Assembly (NCBI GenBank): GCA_964586785.1
Contig: CAZPHS010000003.1
Location: 69,062-133,061, forward strand
Reading direction: 5' to 3'
Source: an uncultured Christensenellaceae bacterium
Lineage (GTDB): Bacteria > Bacillota > Clostridia > Christensenellales > SZUA-584
Length of the DNA stretch: 64,000 bases
In this document: positions 9,802 through 19,192 of the stretch, piece by piece
How the letters are laid out: every line of letters begins with the position of its first letter
How positions within the stretch are numbered: position 1 is the first letter of the stretch
The notes under the pieces: generated by a model
The model's database searches: none
Told to the model about the DNA's origin: nothing
Seen by the model: the letters and a program-made list of their open reading frames with translations, nothing else
Program-made: the position numbers and the translations under genes

Positions 9802-12543
9802 ATGCGCGCGGAAACTATTAAAATTGATGCCCTGACAAAAGCAAAATGGAGAAACGTGCTGGATTTTATTTGTCAAATGACGGAATGCGGCGAATCATAT
9901 ATTATTTGCGCGAATTCGGGCGGCAATGAGGTTGCGGCTAAAGGAACGTTCGGAGACGAAACCGATAATCTGCAAGATGACGCTATAGCTCTTTGCGGCA
10001 GGGTTATTTCGGACGCGAAGGAATGCATATTGCCAACCATAGAAAGACGCGGAGAATATAAAGATATCAAAAAAGCCATGGCGTTTATGGCTTATCCCAT
10101 ATTTTTGCCCGACAAAAAAGTATACGGCGCAATATGCGTGGCGGATGCCCGGGAAAAACAGTTTTGGAACTGGAGCCGCCAGCTGCTTTTTCAGTATTCC
10201 GAATTCGCGTCGGACGGAATTGAGGCGGCTTTTAACAGTGAGAAGCTTAAGGAGCTGGGGCATACTAATGATATTGCCGAAATAAAATCGCGCGAACGGT
10301 TCAAAAAAAATTTTAATCTTTCGCCTATGGCTATATTAATAACGGCTATAGAAGACGGACGGGTGGTTGACGCCAACGAGAGCTATTTAAAGCTTTTTGG
10401 TTTCGGCAGGGACGAGCTTATAGGCAAAACGGGAATACAGCTTAGTATATTTGATGATTCCAACGTCCGGCGCGCAATTTCGCGGAGGCTGGAAACCGGT
10501 AAAACAGTGCGCGACTTTGAGACGTCGCTTCTTACAAAATCGGGAGAAACCAGACAGGTGCTCGTGTCCGTTGACAGAGCGGAGTTTAACGGCAAGCAGT
10601 GCCTTATATCAACGCTGTATGATTTATCATCGGTAATTCATTTAAAACAGAATTTGCGGACAGTTAACGAGCGGTTTTCTCTCGCGACACGTGCCGCGGA
10701 TATGGGCATATGGGAGTGGAACATTCCTAAGGAAACGCTTGTGTGGGACGACCAGATGACAAAGCTTTTCGGCGTTAAAAAGAAGGATTTTTCGGGCAAG
10801 CCGCAGGGGTGGCTTTCGCTTATTCATCCCGACGATATGCGTGAAACGGAGCGCAAGCTAAAGCTTGCAATGAGCGGCGAAAAGGAGTTTATAAGCGAAT
10901 ACCGCGCGGTAAGGCCGGACGGGCAGGTGCGTTATATGAAAGCGTACGGACACACGCTGCGCGATGATACCGGTATGCCTGTGCGTATGACGGGCGTTAA
11001 TTTTGACATAACGGATATAAAGACGGCGCAGGCGCAGATGCGGGACAGCGAGGAGCGGTACCGTTCACTGTTTCACAATAACGGCGCCATACAGATGATA
11101 ATAAACAGCGAAACGGGCGAGATTACCGACGCGAACTCGGCGGCTTGCGAATTTTACGGCTATTCGCGCGATAAAATGCGCGGTGTTAATATCTGGGACT
11201 TAGACAGCCAGGAAGAGGACGAGCTGCGCAAATGCCTTGCCGACGCGTACGTTAAGGGCGCGGATTTCCTGGAGATGCTGCACCGCCGTTACGACGGACA
11301 GCAAAGAGAAGTTGAGGTCTTCTGCGGCAGGGTATCGGTTGACGGGTTTAAGCTTCTGCACATGATTATTCACGATGTTACTGAAAGAAAACGCATGGAA
11401 CGCGGGCTTATCGAAAGTGAAAACCGCTTCAGGCTGTTTGTCGAAAGCGCGCCGGACGGTGTTTTTGTTGAGATAGGCGGCTTTTTCGCGTATGTAAACC
11501 GCAAGACAATGGAGCTTTTCGACGTGGCTTCCGAGCACGATCTTCTCGGACGGCCGGTTGAAGCTTTTTTCTCTAAAGGCGGCAAAAAAGGCATGGCGGC
11601 CAGTTTGAGAAGACTGAATGTTTTAAAAAAGCCCGTGCCGCTTATTAACGATATGATAGAGAGAAGCGGAGGAAGCCGTCTCGAGGTTGAAATTTCCGCC
11701 GTGCCTTTCCGGCTTGGAGGAGAGGACGGGGCGCTTGTTTTCATGCACGATATCTCGGTGCGCAGACAGCTTGAAAGCGATAAACAAAAAATTGAGGCGC
11801 AGCTTAAGCACAAGCAGAAGCTCGAATCAATAGGCGTTTTGGCGGGGGGCGTCGCTCACGAGATAAACAACCCCATAAGCGGAATTATTAATTACGCGCA
11901 GCTTATATACGAGGCTTTAGACGCAAACAGCGAAACGGCGGAATACTGCAAAGAGATTATACGCGAAGGGCACAGGATAGCGGGCATTGTAAAAAATCTG
12001 CTTAAGTTCGCGAGGCAGGAAAAACAGGCGCACAGTTTGGCGGATATAAACGATATTATAAACGACACGCTGTCGCTGATCCGGACGATAATCAGAAAGG
12101 ACAAAATAGAGCTTGAGGTTGAGCTTGAGCCAAACCTGCCGAGCATAAAATGCCGCAGCCAGCAGATACAGCAGGTGCTTATGAATCTTATAACAAACGC
12201 CCGCGACGCGCTTAACGCGCGGTACAAAGGCGGGGACGACAATAAAAAGATACGATTAACCGGCACGCGGTTTGAAAACGGCGGCGGCAAATGGATAAGG
12301 ATAATAGTTGAAGACCGCGGTTTGGGTATTCCCGAACATATCAAAGAAAAAATGTTTGATCCTTTTTTTACTACCAAATCACGCGATGAAGGCACGGGAT
12401 TGGGGTTGTCTATAAGCCACGGTATTGTTGAGGATCATCATGGCGCGCTGTATTTTGACTCGCGGGACGGGCAGTATACGCGCGCGATATTGGAATTGCC
12501 CGTAAATAACGGATGGGCGAATACGGCGCGTTTGGAGAGTTAG
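9802..12543 (+). CDS. Cytoplasmic sensor histidine kinase with N-terminal GAF-like region and several PAS/PAC domains
   Basis: No TM segments. Repeated PAS/PAC signatures (DITDIK/DVTERK boundaries), HisKA H-box HEINNPISGI, and HATPase N, G1 and G2 boxes (NLITNARDA, DRGLGI, GTGLGLS). The ATG at 9802 has a GGGGAGA SD; the ORF-track start at 9736 has none. Confidence 0.85.
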   Translation: MRAETIKIDALTKAKWRNVLDFICQMTECGESYIICANSGGNEVAAKGTFGDETDNLQDDAIALCGRVISDAKECILPTIERRGEYKDIKKAMAFMAYPIFLPDKKVYGAICVADAREKQFWNWSRQLLFQYSEFASDGIEAAFNSEKLKELGHTNDIAEIKSRERFKKNFNLSPMAILITAIEDGRVVDANESYLKLFGFGRDELIGKTGIQLSIFDDSNVRRAISRRLETGKTVRDFETSLLTKSGETRQVLVSVDRAEFNGKQCLISTLYDLSSVIHLKQNLRTVNERFSLATRAADMGIWEWNIPKETLVWDDQMTKLFGVKKKDFSGKPQGWLSLIHPDDMRETERKLKLAMSGEKEFISEYRAVRPDGQVRYMKAYGHTLRDDTGMPVRMTGVNFDITDIKTAQAQMRDSEERYRSLFHNNGAIQMIINSETGEITDANSAACEFYGYSRDKMRGVNIWDLDSQEEDELRKCLADAYVKGADFLEMLHRRYDGQQREVEVFCGRVSVDGFKLLHMIIHDVTERKRMERGLIESENRFRLFVESAPDGVFVEIGGFFAYVNRKTMELFDVASEHDLLGRPVEAFFSKGGKKGMAASLRRLNVLKKPVPLINDMIERSGGSRLEVEISAVPFRLGGEDGALVFMHDISVRRQLESDKQKIEAQLKHKQKLESIGVLAGGVAHEINNPISGIINYAQLIYEALDANSETAEYCKEIIREGHRIAGIVKNLLKFARQEKQAHSLADINDIINDTLSLIRTIIRKDKIELEVELEPNLPSIKCRSQQIQQVLMNLITNARDALNARYKGGDDNKKIRLTGTRFENGGGKWIRIIVEDRGLGIPEHIKEKMFDPFFTTKSRDEGTGLGLSISHGIVEDHHGALYFDSRDGQYTRAILELPVNNGWANTARLES

Positions 12544-12544
12544 A

Positions 12545-13576
12545 ATGTCTAAAATTTTGGTGGTGGACGATGAAAAAAGCATACGCGTAACTTTAAGCGA
12601 GTTTTTAAAACGCGCGGGCTATGAGGTCGTTTCGGCGGATAACGCGGAAAGCGCGCTTTGTTTGTTTGACGGCTGCGAATTTGACACAGTGCTTACGGAT
12701 ATTGTGATGCCTAAAGGCTCCGGGGTATCGCTGTTAAAAGAAATACACAACCGGAACTCTAACGCGCAGGTAATAATGATGACGGGCGAACCCACCGTTG
12801 AGACGGCAGTCGACGCCGTAAGGCTTAAGGCGCGGGATTATCTTTCAAAGCCTATCGCCCGCGACGAACTGCTAAAAGCGGTGCGGCACGCGGTAAGCTA
12901 TAAAAAGCTGCTTGACGATAAACAGCGGCTTGAGCGCGAAAACAAAGAACAAAAGTATAATTTAGAGCGTCTTGTGGAAGAGAGAACACAGAAAATGCGC
13001 CAGGCAATGCTCAACACCGCTTACGCGGCGGCGGCAATGCTTGATTTGAGAGACCCGTATACGGCGGGTCATCAAAGGCGGGTCGGCAACCTTGCGAGCA
13101 CAATAGGGCGTGAATTGGGACTTTCGGAGGATTTTCGGGAAGGGCTTAACCTTATAGGCTGCATACATGATATAGGAAAGATTATGGTGCCTACCGATAT
13201 TCTCAACAAACCGGGGCAGATATCGCCTTTGGAGTGCGAGCTGATAAAGGAGCACGCGCAGAAAGGTTACGAGGTGCTCCGCAACTATGAAATGCCGTGG
13301 CCTGTCGCCGAAATTGTTTATCAGCACCATGAGAGGCTTGATGGAAGCGGTTATCCCCGAGGGCTTAAAGGCGATGAAATAAATCTTGAAACATGCATAA
13401 TTTCGGTCGCGGATGTGGTTGAGGCAATGATGACGCACCGTCCTTACCGCCCGAGCCTTGGCCTTAAGGCCGCGCTTGACGAGATAACAATAAACAAGGG
13501 AGTGCTCTATCATCCGGAGGTTGTAGACACCTGCGTAAAATTGTTTATGGAGAAAGATTATCAGCTTATAGAATAA
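12545..13576 (+). CDS. Response regulator, REC + HD-GYP (RpfG-type c-di-GMP phosphodiesterase family)
   Basis: Canonical receiver (VVDDE, TDIVMP, MMTG, SKP), then HDIGK and HHERLDGSGYPRG. Its start lies 1 nt after the kinase stop. Confidence 0.9.
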   Translation: MSKILVVDDEKSIRVTLSEFLKRAGYEVVSADNAESALCLFDGCEFDTVLTDIVMPKGSGVSLLKEIHNRNSNAQVIMMTGEPTVETAVDAVRLKARDYLSKPIARDELLKAVRHAVSYKKLLDDKQRLERENKEQKYNLERLVEERTQKMRQAMLNTAYAAAAMLDLRDPYTAGHQRRVGNLASTIGRELGLSEDFREGLNLIGCIHDIGKIMVPTDILNKPGQISPLECELIKEHAQKGYEVLRNYEMPWPVAEIVYQHHERLDGSGYPRGLKGDEINLETCIISVADVVEAMMTHRPYRPSLGLKAALDEITINKGVLYHPEVVDTCVKLFMEKDYQLIE

Positions 13577-13747
13577 AGGCGCGAGTTTCACGGATCAGCG
13601 TTAAAATACAAAACCGGTTCTTTGGGCATGGCGCTTTTTCGGACGGTTTTATTTTTTTTAAAGAGTAACTCTTGCGTTGAACGCCAGCGTTTATACTGGA
13701 AAAGGACGTGGCGTTAGATTATACTGATTATAAGAGGAGGCGGCGGA

Positions 13748-15376
13748 ATGGAAAAGTATTGCTATGTTTCGTACGATAAACGCAAAGGAATAAAAACCGT
13801 GTTTGAAGACAATACGCGGCTGTGGCAGATTGCGGACGATATGGGAGCGCAAGACGCGGTGTGCGCGCTGGCTAACGGGCGTCTTGTTTCGCTTTTTGAC
13901 GCGCCCGAAGAGAAGGCTGAGATATTTTTGTTAAAACCGACGGAGCATGAGCACGCGTCGCGCGTTTTTATGCGAGGCTTAACCTTTGTGCTTTACCGCG
14001 CCGCGCGGGAGATGTATCCCGAAAGAAAGCTGAAAGTGGATTATATGCTCTGCGGCGGCGTTTACTGTGAATTGGGAGAACTCTCAGACAAGGATATAGC
14101 GCGTATACAAAAAAGAATGGACGAGCTTATCGAAGCGGACGAGGACTTTGTTTTAAAGCTTATGCGGGTTGACGAGGCGCGGGCGATAATGCTAAAAGAG
14201 GGGCTTGACACAAAAGCCGAACTTTTAAAGTTCCGTCCTTTTGATTATTACCGTCTTTACCGTTACCGCGGGTTCCATAACTATTTTCACGGCATTATGC
14301 CGAAAAGCGCCGGCTGCCTTAAAGGAGCGCGTCTTTACTCGTATTCCGACGGCATTTTACTAGCATACCCAACACCTTACGCCATGGCTCATACGCCCAT
14401 AATAGAGCAGCCAAAATACGCCGAGGTGTTCCATCAGGCGGAGCGCTGGGCTAAAGAGCTTGCGGCTTCTTATGTAACGGATATAAACAATATGCTAAGG
14501 GACGGCGCCATTGAAGATTTTATCAATATTAACGAGGCTCTGCACGACCGTACTATAGCGGAGATTGCGAACGCCGTCGCGAGCAGGCAAGATACGCGCA
14601 TCGTGCTTGTCGCAGGTCCGTCTTCCTCGGGGAAAACCACATTCGCGTCGCGTCTTACGGTGCATCTTAAGGCACTCGGCAAACGCTGTCTGCCGGTTTC
14701 TTTGGATGATTATTATAAAGACAAGGCCGACCAGCCGGAGGGGGAAGACGGCGAGCCCGACTTTGAATGCATAGAATCCTTGGATACCAAAAAATTCTGT
14801 GAAGACGTAAAACTGCTTTTGGCGGGAGAGCAAGCCTATATGCCGCGCTACGACTTTTTCAGCGGAATGCGCACGGATACGGCGCCTGTTAGGATTGACG
14901 GCGATATAATAATAGCGGAGGGCATACACGGTTTGAACGACGCGCTGCTAAAAGACGTGGAAAAACGCTATAAGTTTAAGATTTTCATTTCGCCTTTAAC
15001 AACGCTTAACATAGACTGCCACAGCGTTGTAATGCCCGAAGACTTGCGCCTTTTAAGGCGGCTGGTTCGGGACAAACGCGCGAGGGGATTTTCTTTCGCG
15101 CAGACTTTTTCTATTTGGGATAAAGTTCGGCACGGGGAATACAAGTACATACTTCCTTATCAGGAAACGGCGGACGTTATGTTTAACTCTACGCTTTTGT
15201 ACGAGCCGCTTTTGCTTAAAAAGCACGCGTACAGCGATTTAAGGCGGTTTACGCCGGACATGCCGAACTATCCGGAGGCGCTCGCTTTGCTTAAATTTTT
15301 AAACTATTTTTTAAGCTACGACGGAGAAAGCGCCGTTCCGCGGTACAGTATACTGCGCGAATTTATAGGGCATTAA
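13748..15376 (+). CDS. Uridine/nucleoside kinase family protein with N-terminal TGS/ThrRS-like extension
   Basis: P-loop GPSSSGKTTFA and a PRK/uridine-kinase-like core, preceded by an N-terminal domain of about 270 aa. SD AGGAGG upstream. Confidence 0.65.
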   Translation: MEKYCYVSYDKRKGIKTVFEDNTRLWQIADDMGAQDAVCALANGRLVSLFDAPEEKAEIFLLKPTEHEHASRVFMRGLTFVLYRAAREMYPERKLKVDYMLCGGVYCELGELSDKDIARIQKRMDELIEADEDFVLKLMRVDEARAIMLKEGLDTKAELLKFRPFDYYRLYRYRGFHNYFHGIMPKSAGCLKGARLYSYSDGILLAYPTPYAMAHTPIIEQPKYAEVFHQAERWAKELAASYVTDINNMLRDGAIEDFININEALHDRTIAEIANAVASRQDTRIVLVAGPSSSGKTTFASRLTVHLKALGKRCLPVSLDDYYKDKADQPEGEDGEPDFECIESLDTKKFCEDVKLLLAGEQAYMPRYDFFSGMRTDTAPVRIDGDIIIAEGIHGLNDALLKDVEKRYKFKIFISPLTTLNIDCHSVVMPEDLRLLRRLVRDKRARGFSFAQTFSIWDKVRHGEYKYILPYQETADVMFNSTLLYEPLLLKKHAYSDLRRFTPDMPNYPEALALLKFLNYFLSYDGESAVPRYSILREFIGH

Positions 15377-15449
15377 CGTATTTTACCATTAACGAGGCTT
15401 ATAAATCGTTCCGCCTTCGCTAACAATAAGGTAAAAGGAGGCGCAGATA

Positions 15450-15710
15450 ATGAAGAAAAAATACATTGCGGCCGCGGTCGTTGTTATGCTGGCATTAGCG
15501 TCAGCGTCATGCGGCGAAGGCAAAGAACCAAAAGTAACTGTTATGCCGACCGTTACCACAGTACCCACGGTTACCGCGTTGCCTACGGTTACTATGGAAA
15601 AGCCCGGGACGCAGCATTCGCCTGAAATATCGCCCGAAATATCGACCTCGCGGTCTCCGGAAGAATCTCCCGCGCAGTCTCCGGAAGAATCGCCGCGGCA
15701 AAGCCCGTGA
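15450..15710 (+). CDS. Mini-lipoprotein consisting of a lipobox signal peptide plus Pro/Thr/Ser/Glu repeats
   Basis: MKKKYIAAAVVVMLALASASC lipobox, then PTVT x3, SPEI x2 and SPEESPxQ x2, with no globular domain. SD AAGGAGG. Confidence 0.6.
   Translation: MKKKYIAAAVVVMLALASASCGEGKEPKVTVMPTVTTVPTVTALPTVTMEKPGTQHSPEISPEISTSRSPEESPAQSPEESPRQSP
15545..15707 (+). repeat. In-frame short tandem codon repeats (PTVT, SPEI, SPEESPxQ)
   Basis: Read directly from the nucleotide and protein sequence. Confidence 0.8.
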
Positions 15711-15930
15711 CCGTCCGGAAAACAGTATAAAACGCCATGGCGTAAGGGTATGCGTTTTGATACGACATAAAGGGTTTATAAGCGTTGGATTGCTCCGGCG
15801 CTTTTTTAAAGTATCCTTGGAAAGACCATACCATTTCGTAAAGTAATTTATAATTATAATTGTGTTGACAGTAATATCATATATTACTATGATTAAACAT
15901 GACATTGGCCATACAAGAGGAGCTAATACA

Positions 15931-17133
15931 ATGATAAAAAAACTTATACTTTTAATTATAGTGATGTTGATGCCTTTATCGGGGTGTGAATGCCAAATGA
16001 ATAACGAGAAGGTTTATAACATAGTGCAGCCGGAAAGTAATGTGCAGCATAATATCGACGCTGATTTAATAAAAAGCATACAAAAGTTTTCCGTAAATAA
16101 GGCGGATATACTTTTTGCGGGGGACGATAATATATGTTATTCTCCGCTTAGCCTGTATCACGGACTTTCCATGCTGGCTTGCGGATTGGATAATAATTTA
16201 TTAAAACAGGTTACGGACGTTTTGGGAACCGACGATTTGGATTCGCATAATCAAAAGATGCGCGAACTTTATCAAACATTATATAATAAATCCGATGAAT
16301 ACAATTTTTCTATTGCCAATTCAATATGGCTGCAAAGGGATATGTTTAGTGACGACTTCAGAACTAAAATAGCAAAATATTATTATGGGGCGGTCAATGA
16401 TGTGGATTTTTTCGATTCAAAAAGAGTGGCCGGTGTAATATCGCAATGGGTTTCTGACAATACTGAACAAATGCTAAAGCCCAAGGTTGTTGTTTATCCG
16501 AATGATACAATAGCGATGCTTGTCAACAGCCTGTATATTTCTGATGTTTGGAGCAATAAATTCGATGAGCATTTAACAAAAGAAGATAAGTTTTATATGA
16601 CGGGCGGTAATACAACTGCCGCGGAATATATGCAAACGGTTGAATATTTGTATCCGTATATGAAGGATGAAAAGGCATTTTATGTGTCGCTGCCGCTCGA
16701 GAATGCGGGCGAAATGGTTTTTATACTGCCGAATGAGTATAACGATTTTAGTATATCGTCATGCGTAGACAATTATTTAAAAGATAACCTGCCGGAGCAT
16801 ATCGCCGAAAAGATGTCAATAAAAATACCGAAACTAAATATAGAGAATGATATAATGCTTGCGGACTATTTAGAAACTTTAGGCGTTAATTTTAAAGGAA
16901 AAGAGAACATATCGTATTCGGAACTTTCTGCTGTCTCCGAAGTACGCCAGGGGACGGCGCTCGAGCTTAACGAATTTGGTATTAAAGCCGCCGCTTATAC
17001 ATCAATAAGGGCTGATTCCGCTTTGTTTGAAGGCAACGGTGTATTTAAGTTTCATTTAAACAGACCTTTTGCATTTATGCTTTTGAGCAACGAGAAGATA
17101 CCTATATTTATAGGCAAGATAGAAAAACCTTAA
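15931..17133 (+). CDS. Serpin-family protease inhibitor, predicted lipoprotein
   Basis: Hinge and reactive-centre loop EFGIKAAAYTSIRADSAL, followed by a serpin signature-like FKFHLNRPFAFML. N-terminus MIKKLILLIIVMLMPLSGC carries a lipobox. The ATG at 15931 follows AGAGGAG. The gene is visibly AT-richer than its neighbours. Confidence 0.85.
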   Translation: MIKKLILLIIVMLMPLSGCECQMNNEKVYNIVQPESNVQHNIDADLIKSIQKFSVNKADILFAGDDNICYSPLSLYHGLSMLACGLDNNLLKQVTDVLGTDDLDSHNQKMRELYQTLYNKSDEYNFSIANSIWLQRDMFSDDFRTKIAKYYYGAVNDVDFFDSKRVAGVISQWVSDNTEQMLKPKVVVYPNDTIAMLVNSLYISDVWSNKFDEHLTKEDKFYMTGGNTTAAEYMQTVEYLYPYMKDEKAFYVSLPLENAGEMVFILPNEYNDFSISSCVDNYLKDNLPEHIAEKMSIKIPKLNIENDIMLADYLETLGVNFKGKENISYSELSAVSEVRQGTALELNEFGIKAAAYTSIRADSALFEGNGVFKFHLNRPFAFMLLSNEKIPIFIGKIEKP

Positions 17134-17174
17134 AGCCAAAACGCGGCATAAAGCTGCCGCCGCAATATATTTTT

Positions 17175-17207
17175 AAGACGCCCGTGTAAAAAGGCGTCTT
17201 TTACTTT
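17175..17207 (+). terminator. Rho-independent terminator after the serpin gene
   Basis: AAGACGCC / GGCGTCTT stem followed by a T-rich tail. Confidence 0.75.
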
Positions 17208-17322
17208 ACGGTTTATTTAAGGTACAAGTATTATCCGTAAACGCCAAAATGAGCGGTTTTGAGCGGCGGGCAAGTGTAGCCTTTTTGGGAACGGGGATTA
17301 TCCCCGCGGAAAGGAGACGCAT

Positions 17323-17715
17323 ATGGATTGGACGCAGGTTGTGACGGCCGCGGCGGGGCTTATTTTCACGGGAGTGGTTATACCGCTTTTAAACGCCGCT
17401 TTTGTTTGGCTTAAAAGCAAAACAAAGAACGAAGGTTTGCTTGCCGCTTTAAATGAGGCGCAGACGGTGGCGGATAATGTTGTGGCAAGCCTTCAGTCTA
17501 CAGTGGTAGACGCTTTAAAGAAAAAAAGCGAAAACGGAAAATTGACGGCGAACGAGGCTAAAGAGGTCGCCGCATTGGCGGCAAAGCAGTTTATAAGCGA
17601 TTTATCGGAGCGCTCATCGGAGCTGCTGAAAAACGGGGCGGACGATTTTGCGGCATATGTCGCCCGTTTGATAGAAGCGCGGTTGGTTCTGCTTAAGGGA
17701 GGGGAGAAGGCGTGA
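17323..17715 (+). CDS. Phage holin-like protein (LL-H holin superfamily-like)
   Basis: One N-terminal TM (VVTAAAGLIFTGVVIPLLNAAFVWL), then a charged helical tail ending ...YVARLIEARL, the architecture typical of Holin_LLH. SD AAAGGAGA. Confidence 0.55.
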   Translation: MDWTQVVTAAAGLIFTGVVIPLLNAAFVWLKSKTKNEGLLAALNEAQTVADNVVASLQSTVVDALKKKSENGKLTANEAKEVAALAAKQFISDLSERSSELLKNGADDFAAYVARLIEARLVLLKGGEKA

Positions 17716-18338
17716 ACACTGCGGATAGCATAAAAAGTTATTACGACAGCCTGGAGGAAGCGCAAAAGGCTCAGCTTTTGGCACAGTACGAGCAAAACTA
17801 TGCTCAGCTGCAAAAACAGCTTGAGAGCGCGCCCGCGCAGTATCAGGCGCTGAAAAACGAAGCTTATGTAAACAACGCGCTGGCGGAGCGCGGACGGCGT
17901 GAAACACTGGCCAACATGGGTTTAAGCGGGGCGGGCGGGACGTCGTTAAGCCTTGAGCAGCGCAACACCGGCAGTCTGCTCAGAACGCTTGGGGACGTAT
18001 CAAGGCAGCAGCAGGATTACAGCGACAATGTCAATACGGCGCTTTATAACCTTGGAGCAAACTACAAAGCCGATATATCCGGAGTTGAGGCTAAAACCGC
18101 GTCGGAGCGCATGGCGGCGCTTTCGCAGCAGGCGCGTTTTGAAGCGCAGTACGAACAGGCGCGCCAGAAAAATGTGTTCGACCAGGCGTACAGCCTTTAT
18201 AAGAAAAGGCTTATAACAGCCGCGCAGTTTACCGAGATGACCGGCATAGCGCTTAAAAAAAGCGCTAAAAAAACCGGAAGCGCCGGGTTAAGCACGGTGC
18301 CGTATATAGGAAGCTATTATGAACAAGGATACGCGTAA
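17712..18338 (+). CDS. Hypothetical Gln/Ala-rich helical protein, translationally coupled to the holin-like gene
   Basis: The GTG start overlaps the holin stop by 4 nt. No enzymatic motif or TM segment recognised. Confidence 0.5.
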   Translation: MNTADSIKSYYDSLEEAQKAQLLAQYEQNYAQLQKQLESAPAQYQALKNEAYVNNALAERGRRETLANMGLSGAGGTSLSLEQRNTGSLLRTLGDVSRQQQDYSDNVNTALYNLGANYKADISGVEAKTASERMAALSQQARFEAQYEQARQKNVFDQAYSLYKKRLITAAQFTEMTGIALKKSAKKTGSAGLSTVPYIGSYYEQGYA

Positions 18339-18363
18339 AAAAGGGGCGGCATAATACCGCCCC
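18337..18363. terminator. Hairpin shared by convergent genes (U-tract on the minus strand)
   Basis: AAAAAA-GGGGCGG-CATAATA-CCGCCCC. Confidence 0.7.
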
Positions 18364-18379
18364 GAAAGATTCGGCGTCT

Positions 18380-18994
18380 TTATAAAAGCTCCTCCGCTCT
18401 TATCGCTCCGCTTTCTATCGCTTTTTGTTTTAAAACAATATAAAGTCCGGAAAAGGCGGTGGACATATACGGTCCGGCATAAACCAGCCAGAGTATACCC
18501 GCCGTTAAAGCGGAAAGAACGCCCCACCCTATAAAGCTTAAATACATAACGAAAATACCGCCCTTATGGCCTTTTGTCATTCTCATTGAAAGCGAAAGCG
18601 CGTCTGTAGCGCGAACTTTTGGGCAGTCCGCGAGTATGTAAGGAGTCATCGAATACGATATGCCCTTTATTATGCCGGGTATTATAAATAGCAGCGACCA
18701 CAGAAAAGTAAAAAGATACATCCAAAGGACGCCGCCAAGATTGCGACCGTAGTCCGCAAAACCTATATTGAACATATCGCTTATATCGCCGGCTATGCCT
18801 TTGTATACGCGTACACAAAAATAAGCGTAGCCGACCGCCAGCGGAGGAATAATAAATAATGCCGCGAAGCCTGCGGTAGCGCCGGTTACCGCGGAGGTTA
18901 TAAGAGCAAACAGCAAATATACTCCCAGTGAAATTCCATACTGAGAGGTTACGGCGTCTTTTGCTTTTCGCTTTATTGCCGCTCTGTCAAACAT
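18380..18994 (-). CDS. DUF975-family integral membrane protein
   Basis: N-terminal FDRAAIKRKAKDAV... followed by about 5 TM segments, the layout typical of DUF975. Confidence 0.65.
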   Translation of the reverse strand: MFDRAAIKRKAKDAVTSQYGISLGVYLLFALITSAVTGATAGFAALFIIPPLAVGYAYFCVRVYKGIAGDISDMFNIGFADYGRNLGGVLWMYLFTFLWSLLFIIPGIIKGISYSMTPYILADCPKVRATDALSLSMRMTKGHKGGIFVMYLSFIGWGVLSALTAGILWLVYAGPYMSTAFSGLYIVLKQKAIESGAIRAEELL

Positions 18995-19192
18995 AAAAAG
19001 ACCTCCTTAAGTATAATAATACATAGTGCCATTATATTACTTAACATTAGTCTTTGACAAGAATAACAATACCGTAAAAAATATCAAAGTACCAAAAAGC
19101 GGACTTAACATGACTATAATGGGAACGTATGTTCGACAGTCTAGAAATTTTAAGGAGGCAAAATTACAGATAAGCAAAGACAAGCCGAAAAT

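Noticed and set aside
15507-15905. 132-aa minus-strand ORF rich in Arg/Phe overlapping the repeat lipoprotein gene
   Set aside because: It is the antisense translation of the Ser/Pro/Glu codon repeats. It has no SD, whereas the plus-strand gene has AAGGAGG and a lipobox.
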